A stretch of DNA of 64,000 nt. Source: the human T2T-CHM13v2.0 reference genome, Homo sapiens. Made by a program: the position numbers and the translations under genes. The DNA lies in assembly GCF_009914755.1 (NCBI RefSeq), contig NC_060934.1. One strand, written 5' to 3'. This document shows, piece by piece, positions 15,055 through 29,061 of this stretch (within the stretch, counting starts at the first letter, position 1; each line of letters opens with the position of its first letter). The notes under the pieces are model-generated. The model searched no databases, had not been told where the DNA came from, and worked only from the letters and a program-made list of their open reading frames with translations.

Positions 15055-15355
15055 AAAATGCACTGAGTATTTATGATATGCAGACACTATATGAGGCAGT
15101 TCACATGAACAATCTCATCTCATTTTAATCTTACTGCAGCCCTGGGAGGTGTATACTATTGTTAGTCCCATTCTTTTTGATAATGAAATTAAAGGATGAT
15201 ATTATCACATAGGTAAAATGGAGGTTCTGGAGTCAGATTTTATTCAAATTCTAGCCCTACTACTTGGTAGCTATTCGGTCTTGGGCAACTTATTTGATCA
15301 TTCTGTGCCTTAGTTTCCTCATCTGAAAATGGGAATTATAATAGTACCCACCTGA
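15055..15355. mobile_element. Two MIR fragments in opposite orientations
   Basis: atctcattttaatcttactgcagccctgggagg (minus) and ctgtgccttagtttcctcatctgaaaatggg (plus) MIR cores. Confidence 0.55.
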
Positions 15356-15689
15356 CCGTGTTACTGTGCCCTGTTGACTGAGAGGCAAAAGTGACCATCA
15401 CCTGGAATTGTTCTACATGTAAGTGGGCAACAGCTCATGTAACAGAATTTAAGTGATAGTGAAATTCTTTCCTACTAGGACTGTACTCAGAAGTACAGAA
15501 CTTAATGTACTAGAAATAAAAGGACGTTAAGGGTTATTTAGCCCAACAGTCTCATTTAACATGGAAGGAAACTGAAGCTCAAAGAAGCTGTTCAAGTCAA
15601 TGGTAGAAGAAAGACCAAGGATTTGAAAGCAAAGAGAAGTATATCTGAATTGAGTTGACAACCTTTCAAGTTGATCTCCAATTTTCAAA

Positions 15690-16230
15690 AACCACACCTA
15701 CCAGAATGGCTAAAGACAGACAATACTGTTAGCAAGAAAGCGGTAGGAACAGAATTCTCACACACTGCTGGCAGTGTTTACTAAAGCCGAACACAGCACG
15801 CTGTAAAACCCAGAAGTTTCAATTCTATGTGGAATTCAATTCCACATAAACACCTAGAGTTATATACATAATTATATGGCAGTGAAAATGATCTACAACT
15901 ACACACATTAAGGGTGTATCACACAAACACAATGTAAATGAAAGACACAATGTAAATGAAAGACACCCAACATAAAAAGTACAACCCATATACTTTCAAT
16001 TATAAAAACTACAGAAACAAGCAAAACTAATCTGTGTTAGAAGTCAGGATACTGGCTATCTTTAGTAGGGGCTGGGGAGTTATAATCAGAAGAGCGCAAA
16101 GCCAAACTTGCGGGGTATTGCTCATGTTCTTGTTCTTGGCATGAATGTAATGATTATATGAGTGTATTCAGTTCATGAGCATTCATCAAGCTATACTGTC
16201 ATGATACATACACTTTTCTGTATGTATGTG
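15690..16230 (+). mobile_element. Ancient L1M(E) 3'-end fragment
   Basis: ccacacctaccagaatggctaaa...gaattctcacacactgctgg...aaaactaatctgtgttagaagtcaggat...attcatcaagctatac. Confidence 0.55.
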
Positions 16231-17424
16231 TCTTTTACCACTTTTTGAAGCAACCTCAGAGAAACAATGGAATCCATCATGGTCTCACTGTTTGTAAATG
16301 ACAGAGGTAGGTTCCAATAACCCATGCACTATGCTCTTACATTCTTCCCAATACCAGAGAACTTCTTATACACATATTTAAGACCAGTTTATGGCCCCTG
16401 AGATACACTGAGATCATAGCTCCTGGTGCTTAAGGCTCTCCCACATTCCTTCCTGGCCATAAATTGGACCCTCCCATTTTCAGGCCCTCTTGTGTGAGTC
16501 AGCGCAGAAGAGGAGACTGATACATTTGCATGACAAATAGAGGGAAATATTCTGTGCCAGTATTTTAAAAGGAAAATCCATTTGAAAGACCAAATTTATC
16601 ATCCAATAGTTGGGCTGTCTGTACACCCAATGAGAAATACTTAGATACTTCAAAAATAGAAACAGTTTTAAGAGTCTAATTTTACAAATGAATGTCTGAC
16701 AGCATAAGGCATGACCCTTCTCTGTTGTTACCAAACTACATTGACATTGAGTTTCAGTGTTCACAAATTTTACAACACATTGGAATTGAAACACACAGAG
16801 ATTATTCCTGGCATACTTGAAAAGTTTCAAGTTTCATCCTCAAAATAGGACTTTATGCTCTTTAATGCATGCTAATTCCATGAGGAAGCCTCAGAGCCTG
16901 GGAGTGTGGGGGCAAGATGGAGGAGTAATAATTTTCATAACATGTACAACCAAAGCCACTGCTGTATGAAATATACAGCATTGTTATCAACTATGTGATA
17001 AATTCTTAAGTCACTTTTTTTGCCTAACAAATGATTTTTTTTGAAGAACAATTTAAGCATTAGGAAAAAATGAACAGAAATTCTCTTACAGTGGAAACAG
17101 CAAATGGAAACAGGGTTTAAAATTCTCTACTTTCACATTGCCATCTGCTGCTGATTTAGAGAAATATATCATTAGGTCAGAGATTAAAGACAAAAAATTT
17201 TAGAGCTGAAATTTTGGAAGTTGAAAACGGTCTAAACACCTCAATTTAAAAATGGTGAAACTGGAACTCAGAAAGATCATGTGATTTGACCAAGAGTCCA
17301 TAGCTAGCCAATGACAGGTCTAAGGCCAAAGTCAGACCAGCATTCTCCCTGATTGAGAAATAGTTCAATTGGGATCTTAATTTTTTCCTAGAAATCAAAT
17401 TACTAGTAAAGAACATCAAGGTAC

Positions 17425-18137
17425 TGTTAGAGTAGGTAGTTAGGCAGACATGAGCAGGGCAGGAGAGCCCTCGCCTCACCCAGGAATTTCCAGTAACCAT
17501 CAGGTGATGGTCAGATGTTTATTAAACTGTTTTTCTGAAATGATAATTGGCCACAGCCAACACCAGGGGAAGAGAGTCTCCCAGTAGACAGAAAACACCT
17601 GGAGCTGGTGATCAGCAGCTTCCCAATAAGATCTCAGGAGTTGGACAAGTGGACTCTGGCATGCTCACTAAGAGGCAAAATGGTGGATGTACGACCTTCC
17701 TCTGGGGGCATTTGACTGGTAAAGGAAAACTGCCCCTACGGAGCATGAGCACAGCCTCAGTAAACACACTATGCACGTGGTCACCCTCCCAAATGACCAA
17801 CACTGCCTATGCAGCAGTTGAGCAACAGCCAACCATAAGGGAAGAATCAAGAGAGAAGGAAAAACCCCAGAACCATGCCAACTTGTAAAACCCCAAGTCA
17901 AGGACTGAATGGGGCACCTGAATCTCTCAAGTTGCCCACATGGCCCTCTTCCAAGTGTAAATACTTCCTTTCACTCCTGCTCTAAAATTTTTTAATAAAC
18001 TCTCACTCCGGCTCTAAAACTTGCCTTGGTCTCTTTCTCTGCTTTAAACCCACTTCTGCCCCCTGGCGGAATTCTTTCCTCCAAGGAAGCAAGGATCAAG
18101 TCTGATGCAGACCTGTATGGATTCACCACTGGTAATG
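17425..18137 (+). mobile_element. Solo LTR, MER50 (ERV1)
   Basis: Starts TGttagagtaggtagttaggcagacatgagcagggcagg; aataaa at ~17994; ends ggtaaTG (decayed CA); 4-bp TSD GTAC on both sides. Confidence 0.85.
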
Positions 18138-18650
18138 GTACTTTTGTTAATGTCTTATAGATAACATAGCTTTATGAACTTATGTTAGATGAAAACATAA
18201 AATTTATAATCACTTGGTGTTCAATAGTTTAGAGCAAAATTATTTTACCCTTATCCTTAGAACCTGGGTTTATTTATAGATTCTATTCACATAGATTTAA
18301 AACACAATAGCCTCATATTTCAGCAATAACAAGACAAAATGTATCAAAGTGACCATCAAGTCACATCTGCAAAATGTGATATATTTATGTATTTAGCTCT
18401 TTGTAGTAACTGTGCAAGGCCTCAAGATGATAAACCATCTATTATTCCTCAGCACTGGATGAGTTTCAAGAGACAGATTAAATCAAAGGGCTACTTTCAG
18501 GAGATTTCTTACAATGCAAAGTGAAAACTCTGCAGAAGGGAACTTTGGAACAAAAGTTAGTTTACCTGTGACATGAACCAGTGATTCCACACCTTTGAAC
18601 CTGAACAATTTTAGGGAAAAAAGGGGGGGAAAAAGGGGCAAGGGTTCCTA

Positions 18651-19017
<367 letters not shown>

Positions 19018-19110
19018 TTAATTAGAGAAGAAGAAATGTTTAAATAAGCAAATAGTGAGAAGGATGTAATTTTGGAATAAAATGCAAGACAGTAAGAAGA
19101 TAATAGGAAC

Positions 19111-19112
<2 letters not shown>

Positions 19113-19147
<35 letters not shown>
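19113..19147. repeat. (CA)n microsatellite
   Basis: About 17 CA units. Confidence 0.95.
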
Positions 19148-19149
<2 letters not shown>

Positions 19150-19285
19150 ATACATTTCCTCTATCATTGCCTTTATATTCATTTTGCCTTTGGTGAAAGT
19201 TTTTCCCGAACTTACCACTGCCTGCATATTAGTGTTCAAGAGCCAATATTATTGTTGTCAGTATTGGTGTTTAGAAGCCACTATT

Positions 19286-19457
19286 GCCTCAGCCTCCCAA
19301 GTTACCACCACTCCTGGCTAATTAAAAAAAAAAAAATTGTAGAGACAGGGTCTCATTATGTTGCCCAGGCTGGTCTTAAACTCCTGGTCTCAAGTGATCC
19401 TCCTGCCTCAGCCTCCCAAAGCTCTAAGTATTATAGGCATGAGCCACTACACCCAGC
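19286..19457 (-). mobile_element. Partial AluJ, followed by a MER3-like hAT fragment to ~19560
   Basis: Antisense Alu left-arm sequence; then agccacatttcaggtgcccagtagccacatgtg...tggacagcacag. Confidence 0.7.
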
Positions 19458-19914
19458 GCAGTGTGTATTTATTATACCTATAGCTCATCTAAACTGGAAT
19501 AAGCCACATTTCAGGTGCCCAGTAGCCACATGTGCCCACCCTACTGGACAGCACAGTACTAGAATCTCATATCATGTTAGAAAAGGACACAGAGAAATCA
19601 AACACAATCCAGGACTCAGACAAGAGGCAAAACAAACTCGCATCAAGGGTTAAAATAAAACCCAAGGCCAAAAGCACCAAAAGAAAGGTTCAGACGGCTT
19701 GTTTGGGGATTTCATAAGAGGAAGAAAAACCAAGGCCACAGAACTAAGCCTTGAACTAGGCTGCGAAGTATGGTTATGTCAACAAAAGGGATGAACATCT
19801 ATTCTAAATGGAGGGAACAGAAACATAACGTGATTTTTCAGTTTTTAATTTATTATAGGATAGTTTTGGGAATGAAATTATTCCCTTTAGGAAATAAACT
19901 CAACCTCCACGCAC

Positions 19915-20154
19915 TTTTTTTTTTAAGTTTAGCTACTTTTATTATTATTTTTTTAATTTATTATTATTATACTTTAAGTTTTAGGGTACATGTGCACAAT
20001 GTGCAGGTTAGTTACATATGTATACATGTGCCATGCTGGTGCGCTGCACCCACTAACTCGCCCTCTAGCATTAGGTATATCTCCCAATGCTATCCCTCCC
20101 CCCTCCCCCCACCCCACAACAGTCCCCAGAGTGTGATGTTCCCCTTCCTGTGTC
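19915..20154 (-). mobile_element. Severely 5'-truncated young L1 (L1PA2-like 3'UTR)
   Basis: Minus strand reads gcattgggagatatacctaatgctaga...gagttagtgggtgcagcgcaccagcatggcacatgtatacatatgtaactaacctgcacattgtg, i.e. L1PA2-type diagnostics. Confidence 0.9.
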
Positions 20155-20524
20155 ACACTTCTTTTTCCTAAAAAGTTTCAGAGAGTCCCAGGAGTAGAAG
20201 GATGGCCAGGTCTGCTGCAGTGAATACATAAGTTGGCTGATGCTACAGTGAGAAACAGAATATAGTAGTAACCAGGTTATGGACCTGCCATGCAGCAAGG
20301 ATTTCCTAACAGAGTGGATCAGTTGGGCCTGTGAAGGTCCTACCTTTCCATCTAAAATTCAGGGAGCCCAAGGTGTGAGCTCCTCCAAATTGCAGGTTCC
20401 TCAATCCTTGCTCCAGCAAAGACTGTAAATCTCAAGTTCATCTCCTTGAGAAAGAAAAAGGCACTAAGGAGCCACACCCACTCAAATTGTTGATCTCATA
20501 TACCCTGACTGCCTTTCATTTTAG

Positions 20525-20927
<403 letters not shown>

Positions 20928-21377
20928 ACCAATCTTAAAACTGCCTAGCACACTGGGAACCTGCCAATGCAACAGAATCCTTGAGAGAAGCAGGAATTCA
21001 GTACTCCTTGAAGGAGTTAACAGTGCTTAGGGGTAACGCCCAAACCCAGCTCTGCCAGCACTCATAACTCATTCAGCAAGTGGGCCTGGCCATACTGACT
21101 CATTATATTAACATGGTGATGCGTTTACTGACTCGTATTATGAGTTTGAACACCTTTGGAGGAAGTGAAGACAAAAGGGAGAGGGCAAGGACTCTCAAAT
21201 CTGCTTTGAGTACAAAACTGCAGACTAGATCTCCGTGCTATTTCCTGCTGTTTCAGCACAGAACCACCGTTTCCTTGAATTTGGAGAACAATATCTAGCC
21301 AAAGGGTGTGTTAGCTCATCTTAAAACAATGCAAGGCCATGATAGCTCTCTAGTTCAGTTACCTTCCATTCTTCCCA

Positions 21378-21808
21378 TATCAGTCAAGTTTCAACCAGAA
21401 AAACAAAACCAGTAGGAAGCATATATTAAGACATTTGTTGCAAGGAATTGGCTTACACGTTTGAAACAACCATACTAGGCAGCCAGACAATACCTGCCTA
21501 GCTAACCAAGTCAAAAATTTGCAGAGGAGGCCATTAGGAAGGGCATGTTGGAACTCTCAGGGATAGGCTGCAGCTACAATTACAAGCAGAATTTCTTTTT
21601 TTGGGAAAGCTCATTTCTGCTCTTAAAGCCTTTCAACAATTGAGCCAAATCCATCTAGATTTTCTAGGATAAGCTACCTTATTTAAAGTTAAGTGACTAT
21701 GCACTTTATTCACATCTACAAAATAACTTCACAGCAACACCTAGATTGGTGTTTGAACAACTGGAGAATGTAACCTAGCCAAGTTGAAACATAAAACTGA
21801 CCGTCACA
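21378..21808 (-). mobile_element. MLT2-type LTR (ERVL)
   Basis: Right end cctagccaagttgaaacataaaactgaccgtcaCA is the reverse complement of the MLT2 start; aaggaattggcttacac motif. Confidence 0.7.
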
Positions 21809-22728
21809 CCTCCCAACACAATCCCTCCTTTCCAGCCAAATTTACTCCATGAGAACACAGCCTCTGCAGTACCAAATCCAGGCCTCTGCATAAAGGTAAT
21901 TTGCATGGACTTCCCTCTCCCTGTCTATCTGCCTATGAAAGTCCATCTTCCTATCTGGCCCATCTCAATAGCTTCCTCAAAGGCTATCCCTCTAAAACCT
22001 CAGAGATTGTTTTGCCATTGCTATTCTCCTTGATATTTGTGAATTCTCAAATTATTAGTTACCTTTTTTTTCTGTCTCTTCCCTGAGACTACAAACCTTT
22101 TAGAAACATGGATGGTGTTTTCTATATTGGCATCCCTAGCTCAGAGACCCTAGGAATATATGTAATGAGGATGAGCTCATTCACAATGTATAACCCAGGA
22201 GGGTAGGATCCTTCCTACCCAGCTTTATTCATCCCAGGGATTATCTGGACAAACAAAGAATTCAAGCAAGGGGAAGAAGTATTTTCTTCTCAATTATTTA
22301 AGTCTCAAGGAAAAGGAATTAGGAATTAAGATTATAAAGAGTATAAAGTCCAGAATTTCATGTCTTTTCACAGTTGTAATATGCTATTATGAGCTACTGT
22401 CCAAATCTAGGTTTGCCAAAGCCCAGGAGTAGGACTTTATGTTTCACATGCTTAGGCACAATCTTGGCAAGGTTCCAGCTCCCTCTGCCACCCATCCTTC
22501 CAAGAACTGTCTTCATCTTTCATCCTGAATGGTCCCTTTCTTTTGCAGGTTTTACAGACAATTTACTTTTCATAATTTACACGGCATGAGTAGTGCCACA
22601 CACAAGAAGAAACCTACAATAGTTCTCTTTATTTTAAAAATGTCAAAGCAAATCATATATCAGAGAGTTATCAAAAAGTGAAAGATTAAAATTTAAATAT
22701 AGAGGGCTTAAGCCAGTGGTAGTTCCTA

Positions 22729-23123
<395 letters not shown>

Positions 23124-23477
23124 TTAGACTGTCTGCGTGTCAAATCCACGCAATTATATGCTGAAATGGTCCCATAGATGATCCTAATTATCTCCCTGGC
23201 TAAGAACCACTGATAACCATTTGAGTCACCAACATGAAAATACTTATTCCACTTCCAAGGTACTAATGATCCACTTGTTTCTCTGTAGAGCAAAGTTGTC
23301 ATAAAGCTGATGGTCAGTGTGACTTGCACACTGCCAGACACTGCTTGCTAATACTATATAAACACTGTTTCAGGGTTTGCATCTTAATTTATGCTATGAG
23401 GAACCCAAAGAGGATAACATCAAATACAATATGTTCAATGGAGCCAGCTATGCTGAAACTTGTACACAATATCTAAA

Positions 23478-23585
23478 GTGTATATATATATGTATATGTA
23501 TATGTATATGATGTATATGTATATGTATATGTATATGATGTATATGTATATGTATATGTATATGATGTATATGTATATGTATATG

Positions 23586-23630
<45 letters not shown>

Positions 23631-23701
23631 ATGTATATGTATATGTATATGATGTATATGTATATGTATATGTATATATGATGTATATGTATATGTATAT
23701 G

Positions 23702-23739
<38 letters not shown>

Positions 23740-23748
23740 ATACACACA
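23478..23748. repeat. (TATATG)n simple repeat with interspersed TATATGATG units
   Basis: Direct reading; about 270 bp. Confidence 0.97.
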
Positions 23749-24051
23749 CGCAGGCGTAAGTTGTAGCTATTTAGCCATCCTTTTTTTTCCCCACCACTTT
23801 TCATTCTTGAATTATTTGCCCTCATTTTTCTATGCTCATCTTTAAAAGCTTTGCTCACCAGGTGCAACTGCTTCCTCATCTAGCTAAAGGCAGTGGACCT
23901 AGAGAGGTTAAGTGACTTGCATAAGGTCACTCAGCTCAATGGTGGTAGAGCCAGGACTTGAATTAGCTTCTGACTCCACCCTCAAGCTCCTTCAAGTACT
24001 TGTTGTCTCCCAGAATTTTGATAAGATGCCCTAACTCTCTGGTCCCTACAA

Positions 24052-24219
24052 GCAGGGCTGGCTTGTTGGATTTGTGACTATGCAAGTTGCACAGGGCCCA
24101 GTGTTTAGAAGGATCCCACACTTGGTTTAGTGCTCTGCTGTCACTAAATTCTGTCACTAAATTTGCTCTGCTGTCACTAAATTTGCACTGGGGCCTGCAA
24201 ATTATGTAGCCAGTTCTGC
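24052..24219. mobile_element. MER53-like hAT MITE
   Basis: Termini cagggctggc / gccagttctg; body gttgcacagggcccagtgtttagaagg...ggggcctgcaaattatgtagcc; internal ctgtcactaaatt x3. Confidence 0.6.
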
Positions 24220-25952
24220 CTAAGAGTAAAGAGGGCTGCTCCTGGCTCTTGAGATGAGTTATCATCCACCTAGAAACTTGGAAAACGTGTAGAGCTGCAG
24301 TTGAATTGTCAAAAACAGTCAGCTTCAGCTCTGACCACCAATGCCCATCCTTAAGGAGATCTCCGCTTTCCTCAGCCCTCTACTCCAACCTGGACAGACT
24401 TGTGAAAAGAAGCTTCATTCTTCAAGTATGTGCTAATTGAGTCAGCATTTTAATTATCCTTTGACCCTTGCTGGAAGCCAAAGTAATTACATTTCTGTTT
24501 AACTTAGTATTTGCTAATAGAAATGGTGACTAATTAGAGAACATTAAAAAAATTATTTCCTCCCCACTACAGGTCTTATTTTAGAAATCAATACATTCAA
24601 ATCACATTATTAACATATCAGTTATCATCCACTTGTACTTTGGTGGCTTTACAAACAATCCTTATTTTGAGAAACTCTATGAAACAAATCTAGGGCAAAC
24701 GTTCCCTGTTTCCCTTGAGCTCATAATGGCTATATTATTTTTTTTTGTTTACTTATATTTAATCATCTTATCTGACATAGCAAGATGATCCTGCATTGTT
24801 TTTTAAGCCTTTTTTTCTTGTTTATAATTTAACAAGGTAATACAACAATTGGAGGCATTGCTTTTTTTGAAAGACATCCCCTTTACAATTCAGGAGAGAA
24901 GCATATTTAAAAGAAGGAATGACTAATGCATTTTTCATGAAACCATTTTAGAGCTGAAAAATACCTTACAAATCATATTTAATGTCCTTATTTTCCCCAT
25001 AAGAATAGAGATTGTGATTTGCTCAATGAATAATGGTGAGTTCATAGCACACAGGAAGAGAGCCCAGGGCTACTGACCCTATCTAGATCACCATCTGTTG
25101 TGCTTAAATAGTTCCAAATATGTTGGAATAATGGTCACTAAATATTACTGCAGAGTTCAAACTATGACTCTAGAAGTTCAAGTGGCATATGATTTTAATG
25201 GTGAAAAGGAAAATAAAAAGTCTCTACTATTCTCTCTAAAGATGACAGGAATCACTATTACATCATATGTAACTGTTCATCAAGAATATCACTTTTGGAG
25301 ACACACAAAATATATCACATATGTCTTATACATAACACTATATTAAAATCCTTAATGAGGATTTTAATTTTGTGATTGGATTGGATTGGATTTTGTGAGA
25401 CTCTTTGCTATGTCAGCTTTTTCTTGGGAAGTTCTCATGACCACAGGACATGTGATTTGACCACAGTGTATCTGAAACAGAGAAGAGTAATCACAAGCCA
25501 TGTAGAAGCTGCCTAGAAGGCTGCTGAGAGCCATTTTGTCCTTTGGTCCTTACCAATGTACCTTGAGCATACCTGGATCACTACCTTCATCTCCCTGACT
25601 CATTCTTACTCATATATGTGTGTATCTTACAAGACTATGAGCCTCTTAAGGGCAGGAACCATGTGTTTGCTGTTTATCTTTTCATTTCCAGCATCTAGTT
25701 CAATGCCCGGCACATCGTAGAAAATAAATGAATAAAGAAATGAATGAATTGATGGTTGATTTAACATCTTAGGGAGTGCCTGCATTTTCACACTGATTTA
25801 TTACAGTGAAAGTACAATCATTGCAATGAAGGCAGGAAAAGATATGTTATACTTTGAAAAGAAAGCCCTCTCTGCCTTGCACAATGTTCATGATGTAGTA
25901 AATGTAATTAAATGATTAAAGAGTAAAGAGAGGCATTAATTTATCCACTTAC

Positions 25953-26148
25953 TTGCAAGCAAGCCAACTCCACTTGCCAGGGATCCAACCCAGGCTGTTT
26001 TTCCTTTTCCTTCACCAAAGGCATCCAGCCATTCTATGTACAGGACTCCAACAGCTAGTGGGGATCCGTAACACAAAAACTGAGTAAGGAAGGAGACAAA
26101 CACAATCACCCAGCCCCATCCACCGTCAGGCGACTTTTTAAGTTCCAT
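25953..26148 (-). CDS. SLC16A9: SLC16A9/MCT9 first coding exon (CDS part, 196 nt): [65 protein letters not shown](S)
   Basis: MCT N-terminal signature PDGGWGW; strong Kozak acaATGg; donor CAA|GTaagt at 25952; acceptor tttgtttAG at 26186-26185, giving 36 nt of 5'UTR (exon 25953-26184). Confidence 0.97.
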
Positions 26149-27832
26149 TGTAAGACAAAATCAGGAGGCGTTTCTCTGCAGGTCCTAAACAAAAACAAAC
26201 AGAAAAGAGAATCTTATTTAGAGTGTGGTAGGGCACAGCGCTTGGGGTAAAAATATCTCCTCCTAAAGTGAAAAAAAAAAAAGGTTCTCCAAAGACATAC
26301 ATGGAAAAGCATAAAATATCACTGACATAGCAAGTTAACAAATACATTTGCATTTATAATTTGAATAAATGATGTAGACACATGGTACAATTTTTTTTAA
26401 TTATAAAAAGGCATAAAGTGAAATATAGCCTTCTCAACCTTGTCCACCTTCACCAGATTCCCACCCTGCTCAACCACAGAGAACCACTAATTTTAGTTTC
26501 TTAGTTTTTAGTTTCTTGGGTTCCCTAGGAAGCAGATTCCTAGCAAGAAGTAGACTGATTAGGAATGCTTTCGAGTTGATGCCTATGGAAGGGCACAGAT
26601 GGCAGAGGGAGAAGATCAGCTGCAGATAACCTTGCAGTTATAAAGAAGGGGATTTCTAAAGTTGGGATGACCCTTCAGAGATGTGCTGAGCTGGGTGCTG
26701 GGAGCTGCCCATCCACACTTCCATGTTGATCATGCACTGGATGTGGCTACCCAGGAATGGGTGGTGATCTGAGGTGAGGCGGCTCCCTTCAAAGGAGGCA
26801 ATCTATCCCCATAAGGGCTGGCAGCATTCTCAACAGCTGGGGCAAGAACTCTGTCATTCCTGAAGGAGGCCTGGAATGGAACTGGCAGCACATCACAATG
26901 TTCACCAACTGGAGTATTTTTCCAGTTTCTTTATGCATTTATAAGCAAAACCAAGCAAATATTTTCAATGTCTCTCTTTTTCATAAAAAAGTAGTATATT
27001 ATACATTACATTCCCCACCTTCCTTTGTCCACATAACATCCTGAGAGATTTTTCCCTATCAATACATAGACAGCATCCTTAGTCATTTTTATAAGTACAT
27101 AGGATGTATACATATGGCTGTATGCTTGCTTATTTATTTACTCACTGAATAGGCAAAAACACTTGCATGGTTCATAATGAAAAAAAGACAAAAGATAAAC
27201 AGTCCCCTGTCTACCTATTTCCCATCTAAGCCTTATCTCCTCCACAGGTAACCAATGCATCTTGTTTCTTGTATAGCCTTCTAAAGTTTCTTTATGCATA
27301 CACTGGCAAACTCAAGTATAGATTTCCCTTATTTTTTACACACAAAAAAATAGCATATTATATACATTGGTATGTGCCTTGTTCTCTTTCACTTGACAAA
27401 TATCTGGAAGATCTTCCACATCAATGCATACTGACCTTCCTTATTCATTTCTTACTTCTGCACTGTATTCCAGTATGGGACTTTATCTTAGTTTGTTCGA
27501 CCAGTCCCTGCGGCTTTAATGGAAAACAATGTGCAGTGAAAAACCTTACATATTCATATATCTTTTTGCTTATAGGCATATTTGTTAGGTAAAATCCAAA
27601 AGAGGAATTGCTGAGTCAAAAGGAATATACATTTGTAATTGTAATTTCAGAAAATATTGAAAAAGCTGAGTTGGGAGGATCATTGAGGCCAGATATTACC
27701 AAATTAAGTTCAAGAGCATTGAGCTAATTCATATTGTCTCCAGGATTTTGAATGTGTTGTGAAACTTTTGGATTTTTGCAAATTTCTTGGTTTTAAAATA
27801 GCATTTCATCATAGTTTCAACTTGCATTTCTT

Positions 27833-27910
27833 TCTTTCTTTTTTTTTTTTTTGAGATGGAGTTTTGCTCTGTCGCCCAGGCTGGAGTGCAGTGGCGCGAT
27901 CTCGGCTCAC
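27833..27910 (-). mobile_element. Extremely 5'-truncated Alu (~60 nt plus tail)
   Basis: Perfect 16-bp TSD TCAACTTGCATTTCTT (27817, 27911). Confidence 0.9.
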
Positions 27911-28644
27911 TCAACTTGCATTTCTTACAGTATAAATGTCGTGTACCGTTTTGGAGATGAAAAGCCAGCTGAAATTCCTAATTCTTAGGTGTATATGGAT
28001 ATTCTATTCTGTTCCATTGGTCTGTCTATTCACACATCATTACCACATTTGTTTCATCACAGAATCTTTTTTATAAAAGTCCTTTTACCATATTTTAATC
28101 TCTAATGGGGCTTTTTCTGTCTTTATAATTACACTCCTTTTGAAATATTTTGTAGCTATTCATGTTTTCTGTTCTATATGAACTTCAGAATCAGCCTGTC
28201 TGGTTCAAAAAGAAATCAGATGATGCTTTCATTAGGACTGAGTTAAATTTAAAAATTGATGTAAGGAGAATTGACCTTTTATGATGTCAACTCATTCTAA
28301 GAACATAATATGTTTTGCATTTGTTCAAGTCTCCATCTATGTTCTTAGTGTTTAAAATGTTCCTCAATATTTCATTGTATTGTATTTTTATAGATTTTAT
28401 CCTCGCTGCTAATATTGTAATTGGGGTCATTTATTTGTCTTCTGTTTGTATGCTTAAAAGCTATTGATGTCTGTATGTTAATTTTACATCCCACTTCCTT
28501 ACAAAATTCTCCTATTTGTGGTGGATTTTCAGATGATTTTCTTGGGTATATACAATGCACAATGCAATACAGTCATATAGTCACCTACAGTTACAATTTT
28601 TTATCTCCTTATATGTCTTAAATTTTTATACTTCCAATTTCCTT

Positions 28645-28788
28645 TTTTATAAAATCAAATGGTAGATTTATTGGCTGTCTCTGTTACACAATGAGATGAA
28701 AACATCTTAATTCAGGACATCCTCCACCTTGTTTTGGTTTCCAGTTGTACTGCAAGACCAGTGTCAGGCACATAGGCTGATTAATCAA
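28645..28788 (-). pseudogene. Retrocopied mRNA 3'-UTR end (AATAAA plus short poly-A) fused to an Alu; resembles the SUCLG1 3'UTR as recalled
   Basis: Minus strand ...CAGAGACAGCCAATAAATCTACCATTTGATTTTATAAAAAA; shares a TSD (c.AATTTCCTT) with the adjoining Alu; source gene unverified. Confidence 0.7.
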
Positions 28789-29061
28789 AGTTTCGCTCTT
28801 GTTGCCCAGGCTGGAGTGCAATGGCACAATCTCGGCCCACAGCAACCTCCGCCTCCTAGGTTCAAGCGATTCTCCTGCCTCAGCCTCCTGAATAGCTGGG
28901 ATTACAGGCACCACCATGCCCAGCTAATTTTTTGTATTTTTAGTAGAGACGGGGTTTCACCATGTTGGCCAGGCTGGTCTTGAACCCCTGACCTCAGGTG
29001 TTTCACCCATCTCAGCCTCCCAAAGTGCCAGGATTACAGGCATGAGCCACCGTGCCTGGCC
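28789..29061 (-). mobile_element. AluSq-like element lacking its own 3' end and poly-A (5' half of the chimera)
   Basis: Full 5' start GGCCAGGCACGG; stops at ...CAAGAGCGAAACT with no tail. Confidence 0.92.

Noticed and set aside
23435-23879. His/Ile/Tyr/Met repeat proteins or a CRISPR-like array
   Set aside because: Translations of a simple (TATATG)n repeat; no unique spacers, and the context is eukaryotic.
25936-25952. ORF-track ending ...LLASKWIN as a 70-aa protein
   Set aside because: Read-through into the intron past a consensus GTAAGT donor; the spliced frame continues in the next exon.
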